From positions 448,001 through 512,000 of the forward strand of contig OY759353.1 of assembly GCA_963662315.1 (NCBI GenBank): a DNA stretch of 64,000 nt. Direction: 5' to 3'. The translations under genes and the position numbers were made by a program. Source of the DNA: Geopsychrobacteraceae bacterium (GTDB taxonomy: Bacteria; Desulfobacterota; Desulfuromonadia; Desulfuromonadales; Geopsychrobacteraceae). Shown here piece after piece: positions 29,054-39,560 of this stretch (position 1 is its first letter; each line of letters starts with the position of its first letter). The notes below the pieces were generated by a model, which saw only the letters and a program-made list of their open reading frames with translations, searched no databases and was not told the origin of the DNA.

Positions 29054-30148
29054 ATGAATCTTCAAGAAGAGCCCTCTCTGGCGGAACAGGAATGTCCATT
29101 GGTCAGTCAAAATGGTCATCAGGTGTTTGATCTGGTTGAATGGGCCAGGGGCCGCGGGAAAATACTCATCGTTACCCATGACAATCCGGATCCTGATTCT
29201 ATCGCTTCTGCCGTAGCCTTAAGGCATCTGTTTCTGGTGAAAACTGGTCAGGATGCGGTATTGACTTATGGTGGTGTGATCGGACGTAGCGAGAACCGGA
29301 ATATGGTCAATTTGCTTGAAATCCCTCTCGTTCCCATTGCCGATGTCAAGATTGATCAGTTTGCCATTGTCTGTATGGTTGATACGCAGCCCCAGACTGG
29401 GAATAATTCCTTTCCGACGGGGTATCCTGTCCATTTGGTTATCGATCATCACCAGCCAAAACGTGATCTGAATGATGTTTGCTGGGTTGATATCAGGGAG
29501 CATTATGGTGCTTCGGCAACGATCTTGTACGAATACCTTACTCTGCTGCAGGTATCTATCAATACACGCCTGGCAACCAGTCTATTTTATGCAATTAAGT
29601 CAGAAACGCAGGATCTGGGGCGAGAATGGTCAAAGGCCGATCGGGAAGCCTACCTGAAGTTGCTGCCCTTATCAAACAACAGGATTCTTTACGATATTAT
29701 TCACCCTCGCGTGTCACGCAATTATTTTGCCGCTTTTCGCACTGCCCTGGATAATGCCTGTCTGTATGGTAACGCATTGGTCTTTAATCTGTTAAAGGTT
29801 GAAAGTCCCGACCTGGTTGCTGAATTAGCCGATTTTCTGTTGCGCCAGGAAGGTATTGAGTATGTTCTGGGGATGGGCTGGTTCAACGGCGATGAGATCT
29901 TGTCCATGCGTACTGTTAACGCTGAAGCGCGTCTCGGTTCTGTTATCCAGAAAATGGTCGAGGGGATCGGTACTGCGGGGGGGCATGGGATGATCGCCGG
30001 AGGGCAGATTCGGCAGACGTCGGCGGCCTTAGAAGATCAGAAAAAACTGCAACAGCTTTTGACCGAAAAAATGTTGAGCGCACTGAATATTCCAACATGT
30101 CATCCGCAACCACTGATCGCAAACGATGCCGGGACGTTGACCGATTGA
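29054..30148 (+). CDS. DHH family phosphoesterase
   Basis: THDNPDPDS, VDTQ, IDHH, AGGH motifs. Confidence 0.85.
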   Translation: MNLQEEPSLAEQECPLVSQNGHQVFDLVEWARGRGKILIVTHDNPDPDSIASAVALRHLFLVKTGQDAVLTYGGVIGRSENRNMVNLLEIPLVPIADVKIDQFAIVCMVDTQPQTGNNSFPTGYPVHLVIDHHQPKRDLNDVCWVDIREHYGASATILYEYLTLLQVSINTRLATSLFYAIKSETQDLGREWSKADREAYLKLLPLSNNRILYDIIHPRVSRNYFAAFRTALDNACLYGNALVFNLLKVESPDLVAELADFLLRQEGIEYVLGMGWFNGDEILSMRTVNAEARLGSVIQKMVEGIGTAGGHGMIAGGQIRQTSAALEDQKKLQQLLTEKMLSALNIPTCHPQPLIANDAGTLTD

Positions 30149-30198
30149 CACATTGTTAATGGGTGAGCTATAAACGATCGGCTTTGACAGGAGATTCA

Positions 30199-31293
30199 AT
30201 GCGTTTACTTTTAACTATAATATGTCTGCTTTGCAGTATTCATACGGCTATGGCTGCCGTCGAGCTGGGTATTCGGGGACATGATGCGATAGTGCTTGAT
30301 GATGTCTACCAACAGGATGGCATTGCCTATGTTGCTATCGATGATGTTTTGCCTGCCGTAGGCTTAAGCGGTCATTGGGATTCTATCAAGCATATTTATC
30401 GGATAAGAACGACACGTGGCTGGGCCGAGATTTCCCCTGCAAGCGGTTTTGTTAAAGTGGGGGATGTTTATTATCCGATCAAGGATAAGCCTCGTTTTAT
30501 CGATGGACGTCTCAGAATCACAGATTCTTTCGTACAAAACCAGTTAGCTCAGTTATCCGGGCGCAGCATTATTTTTCGCAATCTGAATCCCCAAACCAAC
30601 AATGCTCCTCAGCATGATGAAGGAGCCATGGATAAGTTATTTTCATTTCTGTTGCGACGTAAACCCCCCAAATCAAATGATCCACTAATTCGGGCCGTTG
30701 CTATAGATCCCGGTCACGGTGGTCTGGATACAGGGGTTCTTGGAACTTCGGGGATTAAGGAAAAAACGTTAACCCTCAGCATTGCTCAAAAGCTTGAGAA
30801 ACAGATAAAAATGCAATCTGGCATTCCGGTGTACTTGAGCCGCGATGGTGATTACGATCTTTCCGTGGAAGATAGGTTTAACGCGGCGTCAAAAGAAGAC
30901 GTCGATGTCTGGGTGTTGATCCATGCCGGGGCCTCGTTTTCAGAAAATATAAAGGGGGTTAATCTGTTTATCCGGCCGCTTCAAACTGGCAGCACAGGCT
31001 CTCAATCCGCTGAGTCTCTGGTTGATCACAGTTTGCTGCTGGCGGAAGAAGTTGCTGTTGCTTTGGAACAGCAAGGGATTTTTCTGCATGGAATATTTCG
31101 TTCATCGCGTCTGTCTTTAGGGCAAGGTGAGCTTCCGACTGTACTTATTGAAGTTGGTCAACTGAGTAATTCGCAGGATCTGGAACAATTACAAAGGGGA
31201 GAGTATCAGAACCAGTTGGTTGAGGCTGTTTATACTGGTATCAAACAATACGCGACCCGCATCAAGGAGCAGGAAAATGGATCAGGAAAATAA
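30199..31293 (+). CDS. Secreted N-acetylmuramoyl-L-alanine amidase (Amidase_3)
   Basis: Signal peptide; IDPGHGG.D.G, EK, IHA, VLIE. Confidence 0.85.
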   Translation: MRLLLTIICLLCSIHTAMAAVELGIRGHDAIVLDDVYQQDGIAYVAIDDVLPAVGLSGHWDSIKHIYRIRTTRGWAEISPASGFVKVGDVYYPIKDKPRFIDGRLRITDSFVQNQLAQLSGRSIIFRNLNPQTNNAPQHDEGAMDKLFSFLLRRKPPKSNDPLIRAVAIDPGHGGLDTGVLGTSGIKEKTLTLSIAQKLEKQIKMQSGIPVYLSRDGDYDLSVEDRFNAASKEDVDVWVLIHAGASFSENIKGVNLFIRPLQTGSTGSQSAESLVDHSLLLAEEVAVALEQQGIFLHGIFRSSRLSLGQGELPTVLIEVGQLSNSQDLEQLQRGEYQNQLVEAVYTGIKQYATRIKEQENGSGK

Positions 31294-32014
31294 TAGCGTG
31301 CGCAATGATGGACGTAACGCAGACCAGTTACGCTCTATCGAATTTCAGCGTGGCTTTACCAAATATGCAGAAGGATCGGTGCTGGTTTGCTGTGGCGAAA
31401 CGAAAGTGCTGTGCAATGCTTCGGTGGAAGAGCGGGTTCCGCCATTTATGCGTGGTGAGGGACGTGGTTGGGTGACTGCAGAGTATAGCATGTTGCCTCG
31501 CGCGACCCATTCCCGCTCTATGCGTGAAGCTGCTAAAGGGAAGCTGACTGGCCGGACTCAGGAAATTCAGCGCCTGATCGGACGGTCTTTGCGGGCCATA
31601 ACTGATCTTGAAGCGTTGGGCGAGATCACGGTCCAGATTGATTGTGATGTCCTTCAGGCTGACGGTGGTACCCGCACTGCATCAATCACCGGTGCCTATG
31701 TGGCACTGTATGATGCTCTGGCCGGGTTGGTCAAAAAAGGGACTTTGAAAAGCTTGCCACTGAAAGACAGTGTCTCCGCCATCAGTGTTGGCATCGTTAA
31801 TGGTGTGCCGCTGCTTGACCTGAATTATGGGGAAGATTCCAATGCCGATGTCGATATGAACTTTGTCATAACCGGAGATGGTCGGTTTGTTGAAGTTCAA
31901 GGGACTGCGGAAGAAGTTCCCTTTTCCATGGAAGAACTAGACGCCTTACGTGACCTGGCTCTCAAAGGGTGTCGTGAATTACGTGAATTGCAACAGCGGG
32001 CCTTAAACGTATGA
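31277..32014 (+). CDS. rph: Ribonuclease PH
   Basis: [52 protein letters not shown]. Confidence 0.97.
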   Translation: MDQENNSVRNDGRNADQLRSIEFQRGFTKYAEGSVLVCCGETKVLCNASVEERVPPFMRGEGRGWVTAEYSMLPRATHSRSMREAAKGKLTGRTQEIQRLIGRSLRAITDLEALGEITVQIDCDVLQADGGTRTASITGAYVALYDALAGLVKKGTLKSLPLKDSVSAISVGIVNGVPLLDLNYGEDSNADVDMNFVITGDGRFVEVQGTAEEVPFSMEELDALRDLALKGCRELRELQQRALNV

Positions 32015-32607
32015 AACTTCTGGTTGCTACCGGCAATGCCGGTAAACTGAAGGAAATTCGCGCTCTGCTCGCGGATTGCAGCATCGATATCGTTGGTTTG
32101 AACGACCTGGATAGTCCTCCTGAAGTTGTTGAAGACGGTAAGACTTTTACTGAAAATGCCTGTAAGAAGGCGAGGGAAATGGCTGCATTCAGTGGTTTAT
32201 TAACCCTTGCCGATGATAGTGGCCTGGCGGTAGAGGCTCTTGATGGTGCGCCTGGGGTTCATTCGGCGCGCTATGCTGGAGTGCAAGGGGATGATACGGC
32301 GAATAACCGGAAACTCCTTAAGGAGATGGACGCTGTTCCTGATAGCGAACGTAAAGCCGCTTTTATTTGTGTTATGGCCTTGGCGGAGCCTGATGGTTCC
32401 TGTCGGACTTTTGACGGGCAGATTTCCGGCCTGTTGCTCAGGGAAGAGCGGGGAACTGGCGGCTTTGGATATGATCCGCTGTTTCTGGTCCCTGAGTATG
32501 GCAAGACCACGGCCGAACTTTCGCTGGACATAAAAAATCGGATCAGTCATCGCGGCAACGCATTACGCCAGGTTCTCCCGGTTTTGCAAGAATTGGCAAG
32601 GCAATGA
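32011..32607 (+). CDS. rdgB: XTP/dITP diphosphatase
   Basis: AT.N.GK..E, ADDSGL.V.AL.GAPGV.SARY, GFGYDP, SHRG. Confidence 0.95.
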   Translation: MKLLVATGNAGKLKEIRALLADCSIDIVGLNDLDSPPEVVEDGKTFTENACKKAREMAAFSGLLTLADDSGLAVEALDGAPGVHSARYAGVQGDDTANNRKLLKEMDAVPDSERKAAFICVMALAEPDGSCRTFDGQISGLLLREERGTGGFGYDPLFLVPEYGKTTAELSLDIKNRISHRGNALRQVLPVLQELARQ

Positions 32608-32669
32608 CTTGTCCGTTCTGGTTTTTAGTGTCTTTATCTTGAATTTTTTCATAGTAAGGAGAGTTGCTC

Positions 32670-33083
32670 ATGGAAAGAACCTTTGCAATTATCAAACCAG
32701 ATGCTTTTGCCGCGGGTCATGCCGGAAAAATACTTGCCCGCATTTACGAAGAAGGGTTCAAGGTTGTTGGCCTGAAAAAACTCTATATGAGTAAGTTTGA
32801 AGCTGAAGGCTTTTATGCGGTTCACAAAGAGCGGCCGTTTTTTGGTGAATTGACCGATTTTATGAGCAGTGGGCCGTGTCTGGTCATGGCTCTTGAAGCT
32901 GACGGAGCCATCCGCAAGTGGCGCGACCTGATGGGTGCGACTAATCCGGCTGAGGCTGCCGAAGGGTCTTTGCGGCGTGAGTTCGGAACCTCCCTTGGAA
33001 ATAATGCGACTCACGGTTCTGATGCGCCCGAGACGGCGGCTTTTGAATTGGGCTATTTTTTTAATGGTTTGGAATTGCTTTGA
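32670..33083 (+). CDS. ndk: Nucleoside diphosphate kinase
   Basis: [28 protein letters not shown]. Confidence 0.97.
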   Translation: MERTFAIIKPDAFAAGHAGKILARIYEEGFKVVGLKKLYMSKFEAEGFYAVHKERPFFGELTDFMSSGPCLVMALEADGAIRKWRDLMGATNPAEAAEGSLRREFGTSLGNNATHGSDAPETAAFELGYFFNGLELL

Positions 33084-33111
33084 TTTTTTGATTAAAAGCT
33101 TGTACATCACA

Positions 33112-33148
33112 AGGCCCTTCGGTAGAATTTCGGAGGGTTTTTTTTATT
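33112..33148 (+). terminator. Intrinsic terminator after ndk
   Basis: GGCCCTTCGG / TCGGAGGGTT stem (with G-U pairs) followed by T run. Confidence 0.75.
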
Positions 33149-33168
33149 GAATGTGAAACGAGGTCTGT

Positions 33169-34200
33169 TTGAATTCCGACAAAATTGACTTAAAAAGTCT
33201 GACCCAGGATGAAATGCAGGACTTTTTAGTCCGTCTTGGTAAAGAAAAGTATCGCACCAAGCAGATTCTGCGCTGGATTTATCAGCGCGGGGTAAGTGAT
33301 TTTGTGCAAATGACCGATCTGGCAAAAGATTTTCGTAGTCAGTTGGAACAGTGTGCCTATGTTTCTGAATGTGTCCCTGAGACTGTCCAGCAGAGCAGTG
33401 ACGGCACCAGGAAATATCTGTTCCGCCTTGCCGACGGTGAAACTGTGGAGGCGGTACGCATTCCCATGGAGGAAGGACGGGGGACCCTGTGTATTTCAAC
33501 TCAGGTCGGTTGCGCCATGGGCTGCCAGTTCTGTATGACGGGGACTTTCGGGTTGATACGCAATTTGTCGCCCGCCGAAATTGTCAACCAGGTATGTGCA
33601 GCGCTTGCAGATGCGCCCATTTCCAATATTGTCTTGATGGGTATGGGGGAGCCTCTGCACAATCTCGATAATGTCGTTCAGGCACTGAAGATTCTCTATC
33701 TTGATGATGGGCTGAGCTTTGGCAGCCGGCGTGTGACCTTGTCAACGTGTGGACTGGTTCCGGGCATTTTGGCTTTGGCGGAACAGATTAAAGTCAATCT
33801 GGCTGTTTCTCTTAATGCGACCACAGATACCTTGCGGGATCAGCTGATGCCGGTCAATAAGCGTTATCCTCTTGCCGAGTTAATGGCCGCCTGTCGTGAG
33901 TTTGCCAACCTGACCAGGCAACGGATCACCTTTGAATATATTCTTATTGGGGGCGTCAATGATTCTATTGCCGATGCAAAGCGGATCGTCAAACTGTTAC
34001 ATGGGGTGCGCAGCAAAGTGAATCTGATCGCTTTTAACGAGCATGAGGGGAGTTCCTTCAAGGCTCCGACCCCGGAGAGTGTTAAAGAATTCCAGACCTA
34101 TCTGTTGCAGCGTAATATTGTTGCAACCTTAAGAGCGAGCAAAGGGCAGGATATTGCGGCTGCCTGTGGCCAACTTAAAGGGCAGCTTGAAAAACATTAA
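33169..34200 (+). CDS. rlmN: 23S rRNA/tRNA m2A methyltransferase (radical SAM)
   Basis: CISTQVGCAMGCQFC, MGMGEP, SL.A, VNLI, DI.AACGQL. Confidence 0.96.
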   Translation: MNSDKIDLKSLTQDEMQDFLVRLGKEKYRTKQILRWIYQRGVSDFVQMTDLAKDFRSQLEQCAYVSECVPETVQQSSDGTRKYLFRLADGETVEAVRIPMEEGRGTLCISTQVGCAMGCQFCMTGTFGLIRNLSPAEIVNQVCAALADAPISNIVLMGMGEPLHNLDNVVQALKILYLDDGLSFGSRRVTLSTCGLVPGILALAEQIKVNLAVSLNATTDTLRDQLMPVNKRYPLAELMAACREFANLTRQRITFEYILIGGVNDSIADAKRIVKLLHGVRSKVNLIAFNEHEGSSFKAPTPESVKEFQTYLLQRNIVATLRASKGQDIAAACGQLKGQLEKH

Positions 34201-34230
34201 TAGCTCACTTTATCGATAAAGGATTATGAT

Positions 34231-35115
34231 ATGAACCAACCGGTCATTGGTGTGATTGGCGGCAGCGGCCTTTACGAAATTGAAGGCTTGACCGACGTTA
34301 AAAAAATTACGGTTGATACGCCATTCGGCTCCCCGTCCGATGTCTATGTCACTGGACGACTTGATGGTGCCAGAATGGTCTTTTTGCCACGCCATGGGCG
34401 CGGACACCGGCTGCTCCCCTCGGAGGTCAATTACCGCGCCAATATCTACGGAATGAAAACCCTTGGTGTTGAACAGATTATCTCGGTGTCTGCGGTAGGC
34501 AGTATGCGCGAAGATATTGAGCCGGGACACATCGTTATTCCTGATCAGTTTTTTGATCGTACCAAAGGACTGCGCGGCTCTACATTTTTTGGCAATGGTG
34601 TGGTTGGTCATGTGCAATTTGCCGATCCTGTCTGCAACGATCTGGCCAACCTGTTATTCAGCGCCGCTCAGGAGATAGGGGCAACCGTGCATAAGGGGGG
34701 GACCTATGTCTGTATTGAAGGACCCAACTTTTCGACTCGGGCCGAATCCAATATCTTCCGCAAATGGGGCGTCGATATTATTGGCATGACCAATATTCCT
34801 GAAGCACGTCTGGCCCGTGAAGCCGAAATCTGCTACGGTACAGTTGCCCTTGCCACAGACTATGACTGCTGGCATGACGGGCATGATGATGTCTCCGTCG
34901 AGGCGGTTATCCAGATTATTCAGCAAAATGTTGCAACCGCACGGAACATTATTAAAACTGCGGCGAAAAAGATTGTCGAGCAGCGCCAGACCCGGTCCTG
35001 CGGCTGCCCGCAGGCCTTGCAGTATGCCATCATGACCGATCATCAATTGATTCCTGCCGAAACCCTGCAGGCTCTGGCGCCGATTATCGGTAAATATGTA
35101 TCCCGTAAGGATTGA
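34231..35115 (+). CDS. mtnP: 5'-methylthioadenosine phosphorylase
   Basis: GVIGGSG, TPFG.PS, RHG..H, NYRANI, EGP.FSTRAES, GMT..PEA.LARE, TDYDCW. Confidence 0.92.
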   Translation: MNQPVIGVIGGSGLYEIEGLTDVKKITVDTPFGSPSDVYVTGRLDGARMVFLPRHGRGHRLLPSEVNYRANIYGMKTLGVEQIISVSAVGSMREDIEPGHIVIPDQFFDRTKGLRGSTFFGNGVVGHVQFADPVCNDLANLLFSAAQEIGATVHKGGTYVCIEGPNFSTRAESNIFRKWGVDIIGMTNIPEARLAREAEICYGTVALATDYDCWHDGHDDVSVEAVIQIIQQNVATARNIIKTAAKKIVEQRQTRSCGCPQALQYAIMTDHQLIPAETLQALAPIIGKYVSRKD

Positions 35116-35120
35116 ATGAT

Positions 35121-36032
35121 ATGAGTATTCTTGTTGTTGGCAGTGTCGCTTTTGATTCAATAACCACCCCCTTTGGTGAGGTTGATAACGCTCTGGGCGG
35201 TTCGGCCTGTTATTTTTCGACCTCGGCCAGTTTTTTCACCGATGTTCAATTGGTCGCTGTTATTGGTCAGGACTTCCCGCAACAGCATCTTGATTTTCTT
35301 AACAGTCGTAATATTGATCTGACCGGACTACAGACTGCAAAAGGTGAAACTTTTAGGTGGAAAGGGCGCTATGAATACGATCTGAATGAGGCGCACACCC
35401 TGGAAACACATTTGAATGTGTTTGAATCGTTCAAGCCCCAATTGCCTGACGCCTATCGGGACGCTGAATATGTCTTCCTTGCCAATATAGACCCGGAACT
35501 GCAGCTTGAAGTTTTGCGGCAGGTCAATAATCCCAAGCTTGTCGCTTGTGATACGATGAACTTCTGGATAGCGGGAAAACGTGATGAACTGATCAGAACA
35601 TTGGGTAAGGTTGATATTCTCGTTATCAATGAAGCGGAAGTCAGGCAGCTGGCAGAAGAACCTAATTTGATGAAGGCAGCTCAAATCGTCCGCAGCTTCG
35701 GGCCCAAGACCCTGGTGGTGAAGCGTGGTGAGTACGGGGTCCTGATGTTCGGTGACGGATCGGTGTTCAGTGCTCCTGCCTATCCCCTCGAAGAAGTTTT
35801 TGACCCGACCGGTGCCGGTGATACCTTTGCCGGCGGGTTTATCGGTTATCTTGCCGCTACCCGGAATCTGGATGAGGCGAATTTGCGTAAAGCGACTGTG
35901 TTCGGGACGGTCATGGCCTCCTTTACGGTCGAAAAATTCAGTCTTGACCGGCTGAAAGAAATTGATCATCAGGAAATATCTGATCGTTATCGCAAAATCA
36001 AGTTGTTAACGGAATTTGCTGATATCGATTAA
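35121..36032 (+). CDS. PfkB family kinase (possibly a nucleoside kinase)
   Basis: VGSVAFD, GGSA, INEAE, DPTGAGDTFAGG. Confidence 0.9.
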   Translation: MSILVVGSVAFDSITTPFGEVDNALGGSACYFSTSASFFTDVQLVAVIGQDFPQQHLDFLNSRNIDLTGLQTAKGETFRWKGRYEYDLNEAHTLETHLNVFESFKPQLPDAYRDAEYVFLANIDPELQLEVLRQVNNPKLVACDTMNFWIAGKRDELIRTLGKVDILVINEAEVRQLAEEPNLMKAAQIVRSFGPKTLVVKRGEYGVLMFGDGSVFSAPAYPLEEVFDPTGAGDTFAGGFIGYLAATRNLDEANLRKATVFGTVMASFTVEKFSLDRLKEIDHQEISDRYRKIKLLTEFADID

Positions 36033-36066
36033 ATGTGTTGATTGTTTTCGGGACGAGGTTGCTATC

Positions 36067-36558
36067 GTGTTTGTTCAACATAAAAATTTGAAATCTCTGT
36101 CGATATCAGCGTCCAAAGTGACCCATCTGCATGCTGCCTCCAGTAGTGTTCAGTTGGCTTTTGCCGGATTTCCACCACAATTATGCAGTGCTTATCTGGT
36201 TTGGGTCAGCAGTGGTGACAAAAGCCTTATCGTTATCGGGTTTTATCTGAAAGAAAGTGAGTGTTCAGTGTTTTTTGTTCCCAAGGGCGGTGAGGTCCTG
36301 TCTACGCAGGCTCTTGAGGTTTATCAGCATGGACTCAATTTTGTTGAGTCTATGGGGTTCGTCCTTGGAGAAACTGATTTTCATCTGATGCCGGCTGCGA
36401 AGAAGGAAAGGTTCTGGAATTCGTTACCGATCAGCCAGTTACCCAAAAAACTGAGCGACGCAACACCGCAAAGTGCCACGCCTGTTGAAGATGCCAGAAG
36501 TCAAGAAATTCGTAAACAGTGCCGGGCCAGTTTAGGCCGTTTTTTGTCAGGGATGTGA
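36067..36558 (+). CDS. Hypothetical protein
   Basis: ORF fills the gap between pfkB and the TPR gene; GAGG RBS before GTG 36067; no motif recognised. Confidence 0.7.
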   Translation: MFVQHKNLKSLSISASKVTHLHAASSSVQLAFAGFPPQLCSAYLVWVSSGDKSLIVIGFYLKESECSVFFVPKGGEVLSTQALEVYQHGLNFVESMGFVLGETDFHLMPAAKKERFWNSLPISQLPKKLSDATPQSATPVEDARSQEIRKQCRASLGRFLSGM

Positions 36559-36575
36559 GCATCCGGAGGAGGAAC

Positions 36576-37337
36576 ATGGGTTTTATCTATCAATGGATCA
36601 GCATCGTATTGTTCGTGGTGCTGGTGGGGTGTGCCCCGGCAACAAACGGGAGCAAGGATTCCCGCCAGGCTCAGGCTGATATGCATTTTAAGCTTGCAGC
36701 CGCACATCTGCAGAACAATAATCCCACTTATGCTCTTAAGGAGTTGTTGTCGGCTGTCGAACTGGATCCTGATAACAGTGAAATTCATGTGGCCCTCGCA
36801 CAGGCTTACCAGAAAAAAAATGCGTATAATCAGGCAGAAACCCATTATTTCAAAGCGCTTTCACTGTCTCCCGACAATCCGCGCTATCAGAACAATCTGG
36901 GAGCGCTTTACCTGGATATGAAGCAGTGGGATCAGGCCATTGAGTATTTCGACAAGGCTGCCGCCAATCTGCTGTTTCTCAATGTTCATATTGCTGTGAC
37001 CGGGAAAGGGTATGCCTACTTTCAAAAACAGAATTACCCGCAAGCGCTTGCCGCATACAAGGAAGCCGAACGGCTGGCCCCGCGTTACGCCATCGCCTAC
37101 TTTTACGAAAGTGAAGTTTACCGGGTGACCGGTCAGTCGGATAAGGAGCAGATTGCCTTGTCTAAGGTCATTGATCTTGCGCCACAGTATCTTGATGCTC
37201 GCTACCGGTTTGCGGTGTTGTTGGCCCAAAATAATGATCTTGCCGGTGCTCGTGAACAGCTGCAGACCATCATCAACCGAGCACCTGTTTCAGAGATCGG
37301 AGTGAAGGCTCGTGATATGTTAAAGGTCCTGAAATGA
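36576..37337 (+). CDS. TPR lipoprotein, PilW/PilF/Tgl-like
   Basis: Strong GGAGGAGG RBS, lipobox LVGC, tandem TPRs including NNLGALY. Confidence 0.78.
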   Translation: MGFIYQWISIVLFVVLVGCAPATNGSKDSRQAQADMHFKLAAAHLQNNNPTYALKELLSAVELDPDNSEIHVALAQAYQKKNAYNQAETHYFKALSLSPDNPRYQNNLGALYLDMKQWDQAIEYFDKAAANLLFLNVHIAVTGKGYAYFQKQNYPQALAAYKEAERLAPRYAIAYFYESEVYRVTGQSDKEQIALSKVIDLAPQYLDARYRFAVLLAQNNDLAGAREQLQTIINRAPVSEIGVKARDMLKVLK

Positions 37338-37362
37338 TACCGGATGCAGGTGTTGTGACGAG

Positions 37363-37875
37363 ATGATTATCCAGTGCCCCCAATGCCAGTCACGTTATCG
37401 GATTAAAGATCCTTCTGCAGCGAATAAGGCTGCTACAGCCACCTGCCCCAAATGCCATGAGCGTTTTGTTGCTGAAGCGCATCAGGTCAGAGAGGGTGGC
37501 GCAACGGCCAAGTCGATTCTGGTTGTGGATGATGCGCAGTTTTTTCGTGAACTGATTTTTGATATTCTTTCTGGCCAGGAGTACCAGCTGGTTGAGGCAG
37601 AAAATGCCCAACAGGCTTGGCAGGCGATAACCACACAGAGCTTTGATTTGATTATTGTCGATGTCAACCTGCCAGAGGTCAGCGGTTACGCATTTATCCA
37701 GAAGGTTCGTCAGCAACCGCAGTTTATTGATTTGCCGATTTTGTGTATCAGCGGTATTCACCGCCGAGAGGATGATTTTGCCAAAGCAATAAGAGCCGGC
37801 GCCAACGACTTCACCACCAAATCCTTTAATCCCGACGATTTTCGTTCACGGGTCAGGAAGCTTGTTCATGGTTGA
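37363..37875 (+). CDS. Zinc-ribbon + receiver domain response regulator
   Basis: CPQC...CPKC N-terminus; ILVVDD, IIVDVNLP, conserved K. Confidence 0.87.
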   Translation: MIIQCPQCQSRYRIKDPSAANKAATATCPKCHERFVAEAHQVREGGATAKSILVVDDAQFFRELIFDILSGQEYQLVEAENAQQAWQAITTQSFDLIIVDVNLPEVSGYAFIQKVRQQPQFIDLPILCISGIHRREDDFAKAIRAGANDFTTKSFNPDDFRSRVRKLVHG

Positions 37876-38686
37876 ATGCCTTGACGAAATCGAACCTGCT
37901 GCCGCGGCTCTGCGGGCGGCTTTTCCTGAGCGCTTCCCCGCCGTCGCCGTTGTGCTGGGTTCGGGCTTCTCCGGTATTGTCGATGAGTTGACGGATACAC
38001 TTGCGGTCTCTTACGCCGATCTTCCCGGTTTTGTTCCGGCAGGTGTCGCCGGGCATGCAGGTGTTGTTTACAGTGGTCGTCTGTTCGGTCATGATGTGCT
38101 GTTGTTTTCTGGGCGTTATCATGTCTACGAGGGGTATTCCGCCTGGCAGGTAACGGCTCTGGTCCGGTTGGCTGCCGCCTTTGGTTGCAAGCGTCTGCTG
38201 CTGACCAATGCCGTTGGTGGTATTGCTGATCAGATGAATGTCGGAGATTTTATGCTGGTCTCAGATCATATCAACCTCACCGGTCTTAATCCCTTTGTCG
38301 GGCAAAACAGCATAGGCTTTCCTGATCTGCATAACCTTTATCGAACCGATTTCTATGCGGAACTTAGAGACCGGTTGCTCAACAATAGCGGGACTGTTCT
38401 CCATACGGGTACACTGGCCTGGTTAACCGGGCCGACCTATGAGACTCCGGCTGAAATTCGTATGCTGGAAGTCATTGGCTGTGCTGCTGTATCAATGTCG
38501 ACGGTCCCTGAAGCGATTGTTGCCAAAACTCTTCACTTAGATCTGATTACCTTATCTTTTGTCGCCAATCAGGCGGCGGGCAAATGTTCTCAGCCATTAA
38601 CGCATCAGGATGTGCTTGATTCAGCCGAGCGCGCCCAGCATAAAGCCATTGACATCGTCGGCCAATTATTTGCCTGCTGGCTATGA
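37868..38686 (+). CDS. Purine nucleoside phosphorylase (trimeric family)
   Basis: VVLGSG, V.GHAG, GRYH.YEG, TNA.GG, DHIN, GP.YET.AE, MSTVPE, N.AAG. Confidence 0.9.
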   Translation: MVECLDEIEPAAAALRAAFPERFPAVAVVLGSGFSGIVDELTDTLAVSYADLPGFVPAGVAGHAGVVYSGRLFGHDVLLFSGRYHVYEGYSAWQVTALVRLAAAFGCKRLLLTNAVGGIADQMNVGDFMLVSDHINLTGLNPFVGQNSIGFPDLHNLYRTDFYAELRDRLLNNSGTVLHTGTLAWLTGPTYETPAEIRMLEVIGCAAVSMSTVPEAIVAKTLHLDLITLSFVANQAAGKCSQPLTHQDVLDSAERAQHKAIDIVGQLFACWL

Positions 38687-38760
38687 TTCCCGTTCCGTTC
38701 CACTTCAATTCAAAAATATAGGTAGTTGAAATATCGGTAGGTTAGCTGATTTTGGCTGGC

Positions 38761-38788
38761 TTGACAGCAAAACATTCGGTGTTAAACT
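38761..38788 (+). promoter_or_regulatory. Putative sigma70 promoter of the usp gene
   Basis: TTGACA (38761-38766), 16 nt spacer, TAAACT (38783-38788) with upstream TG. Confidence 0.6.
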
Positions 38789-38901
38789 GAAAATAGACAG
38801 ACGCTCTTAATTATCAGAGCTGCCTGCTCGCTCAGGGGCTGCACATGGACATGAATTGTGAGCCCTGCGCCTCGGACAAGCCAACAAGAGAGGAGGTTCT
38901 C

Positions 38902-39354
38902 ATGAAAGACTTTTCAACAGTTCTGGTTGCTATCGATTTTTCAGACAGTTCGGATAATGCATTTCAGCATGCCCTGAGTATTGCCAAAAAATACGCAGCA
39001 AAGCTTCTTGTTTTACATGTAATTAATGAACCCGTTGACCTGCGCGGTTTTTACGTGCCGCATATCAGCTTTGAAAAGCTTGAGGAAGAGATTGAAGAAG
39101 GTGCCAATAAGATGATGGAAAGCTTCTGCCGTCAGCACCTTAGTGAGTTCAGCAACTATGAAAGCTTCATTGTTTCCGGTATGCCTTACGAACAGATTAT
39201 TAATCAAGGCGTAGAAAAAGGAGCCGATCTCATTGTCCTTGGGACCCATGGTCGTACCGGTCTTGATCATGTCCTGTTTGGCAGTACTGCTGCAAAGGTT
39301 GTTCGTAAGTCAACATTGCCGGTGTTGACGGTACGCCTTGAAGAGGCTGAATAG
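38902..39354 (+). CDS. Universal stress protein
   Basis: LVAIDFS, LHVI, DLIVLGTHGRTG....FGS.A.KVVR....VLTV; AGGAGG RBS. Confidence 0.93.
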   Translation: MKDFSTVLVAIDFSDSSDNAFQHALSIAKKYAAKLLVLHVINEPVDLRGFYVPHISFEKLEEEIEEGANKMMESFCRQHLSEFSNYESFIVSGMPYEQIINQGVEKGADLIVLGTHGRTGLDHVLFGSTAAKVVRKSTLPVLTVRLEEAE

Positions 39355-39421
39355 TCCTGCTGCGCCTCAGGAAAGATGAAGCCTGATCTTTCCTAATGGG
39401 TAATTCCCCCTGAATCAGTCT

Positions 39422-39460
39422 ATACGCCAAGGCTTCTGGTGTGCCTTGGCGTATTTTCTT
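39422..39460 (+). terminator. Intrinsic terminator after usp
   Basis: ATACGCCAAGGC / GCCTTGGCGTAT 12 bp perfect stem followed by TTTCTT. Confidence 0.75.
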
Positions 39461-39560
39461 GCCGTTGCTACTTATTTTTATGCCTGGTGTCGGAGTCATC
39501 ACTTGCCTTCCAGAATTGTCGCAGGTATGCTGTTTTCTTTTGCGTTAAACGGATGAAAAT

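Noticed and set aside
35328..35969. 213 aa antisense ORF opposite pfkB
   Set aside because: Fully inside a well-supported gene; no recognisable motifs
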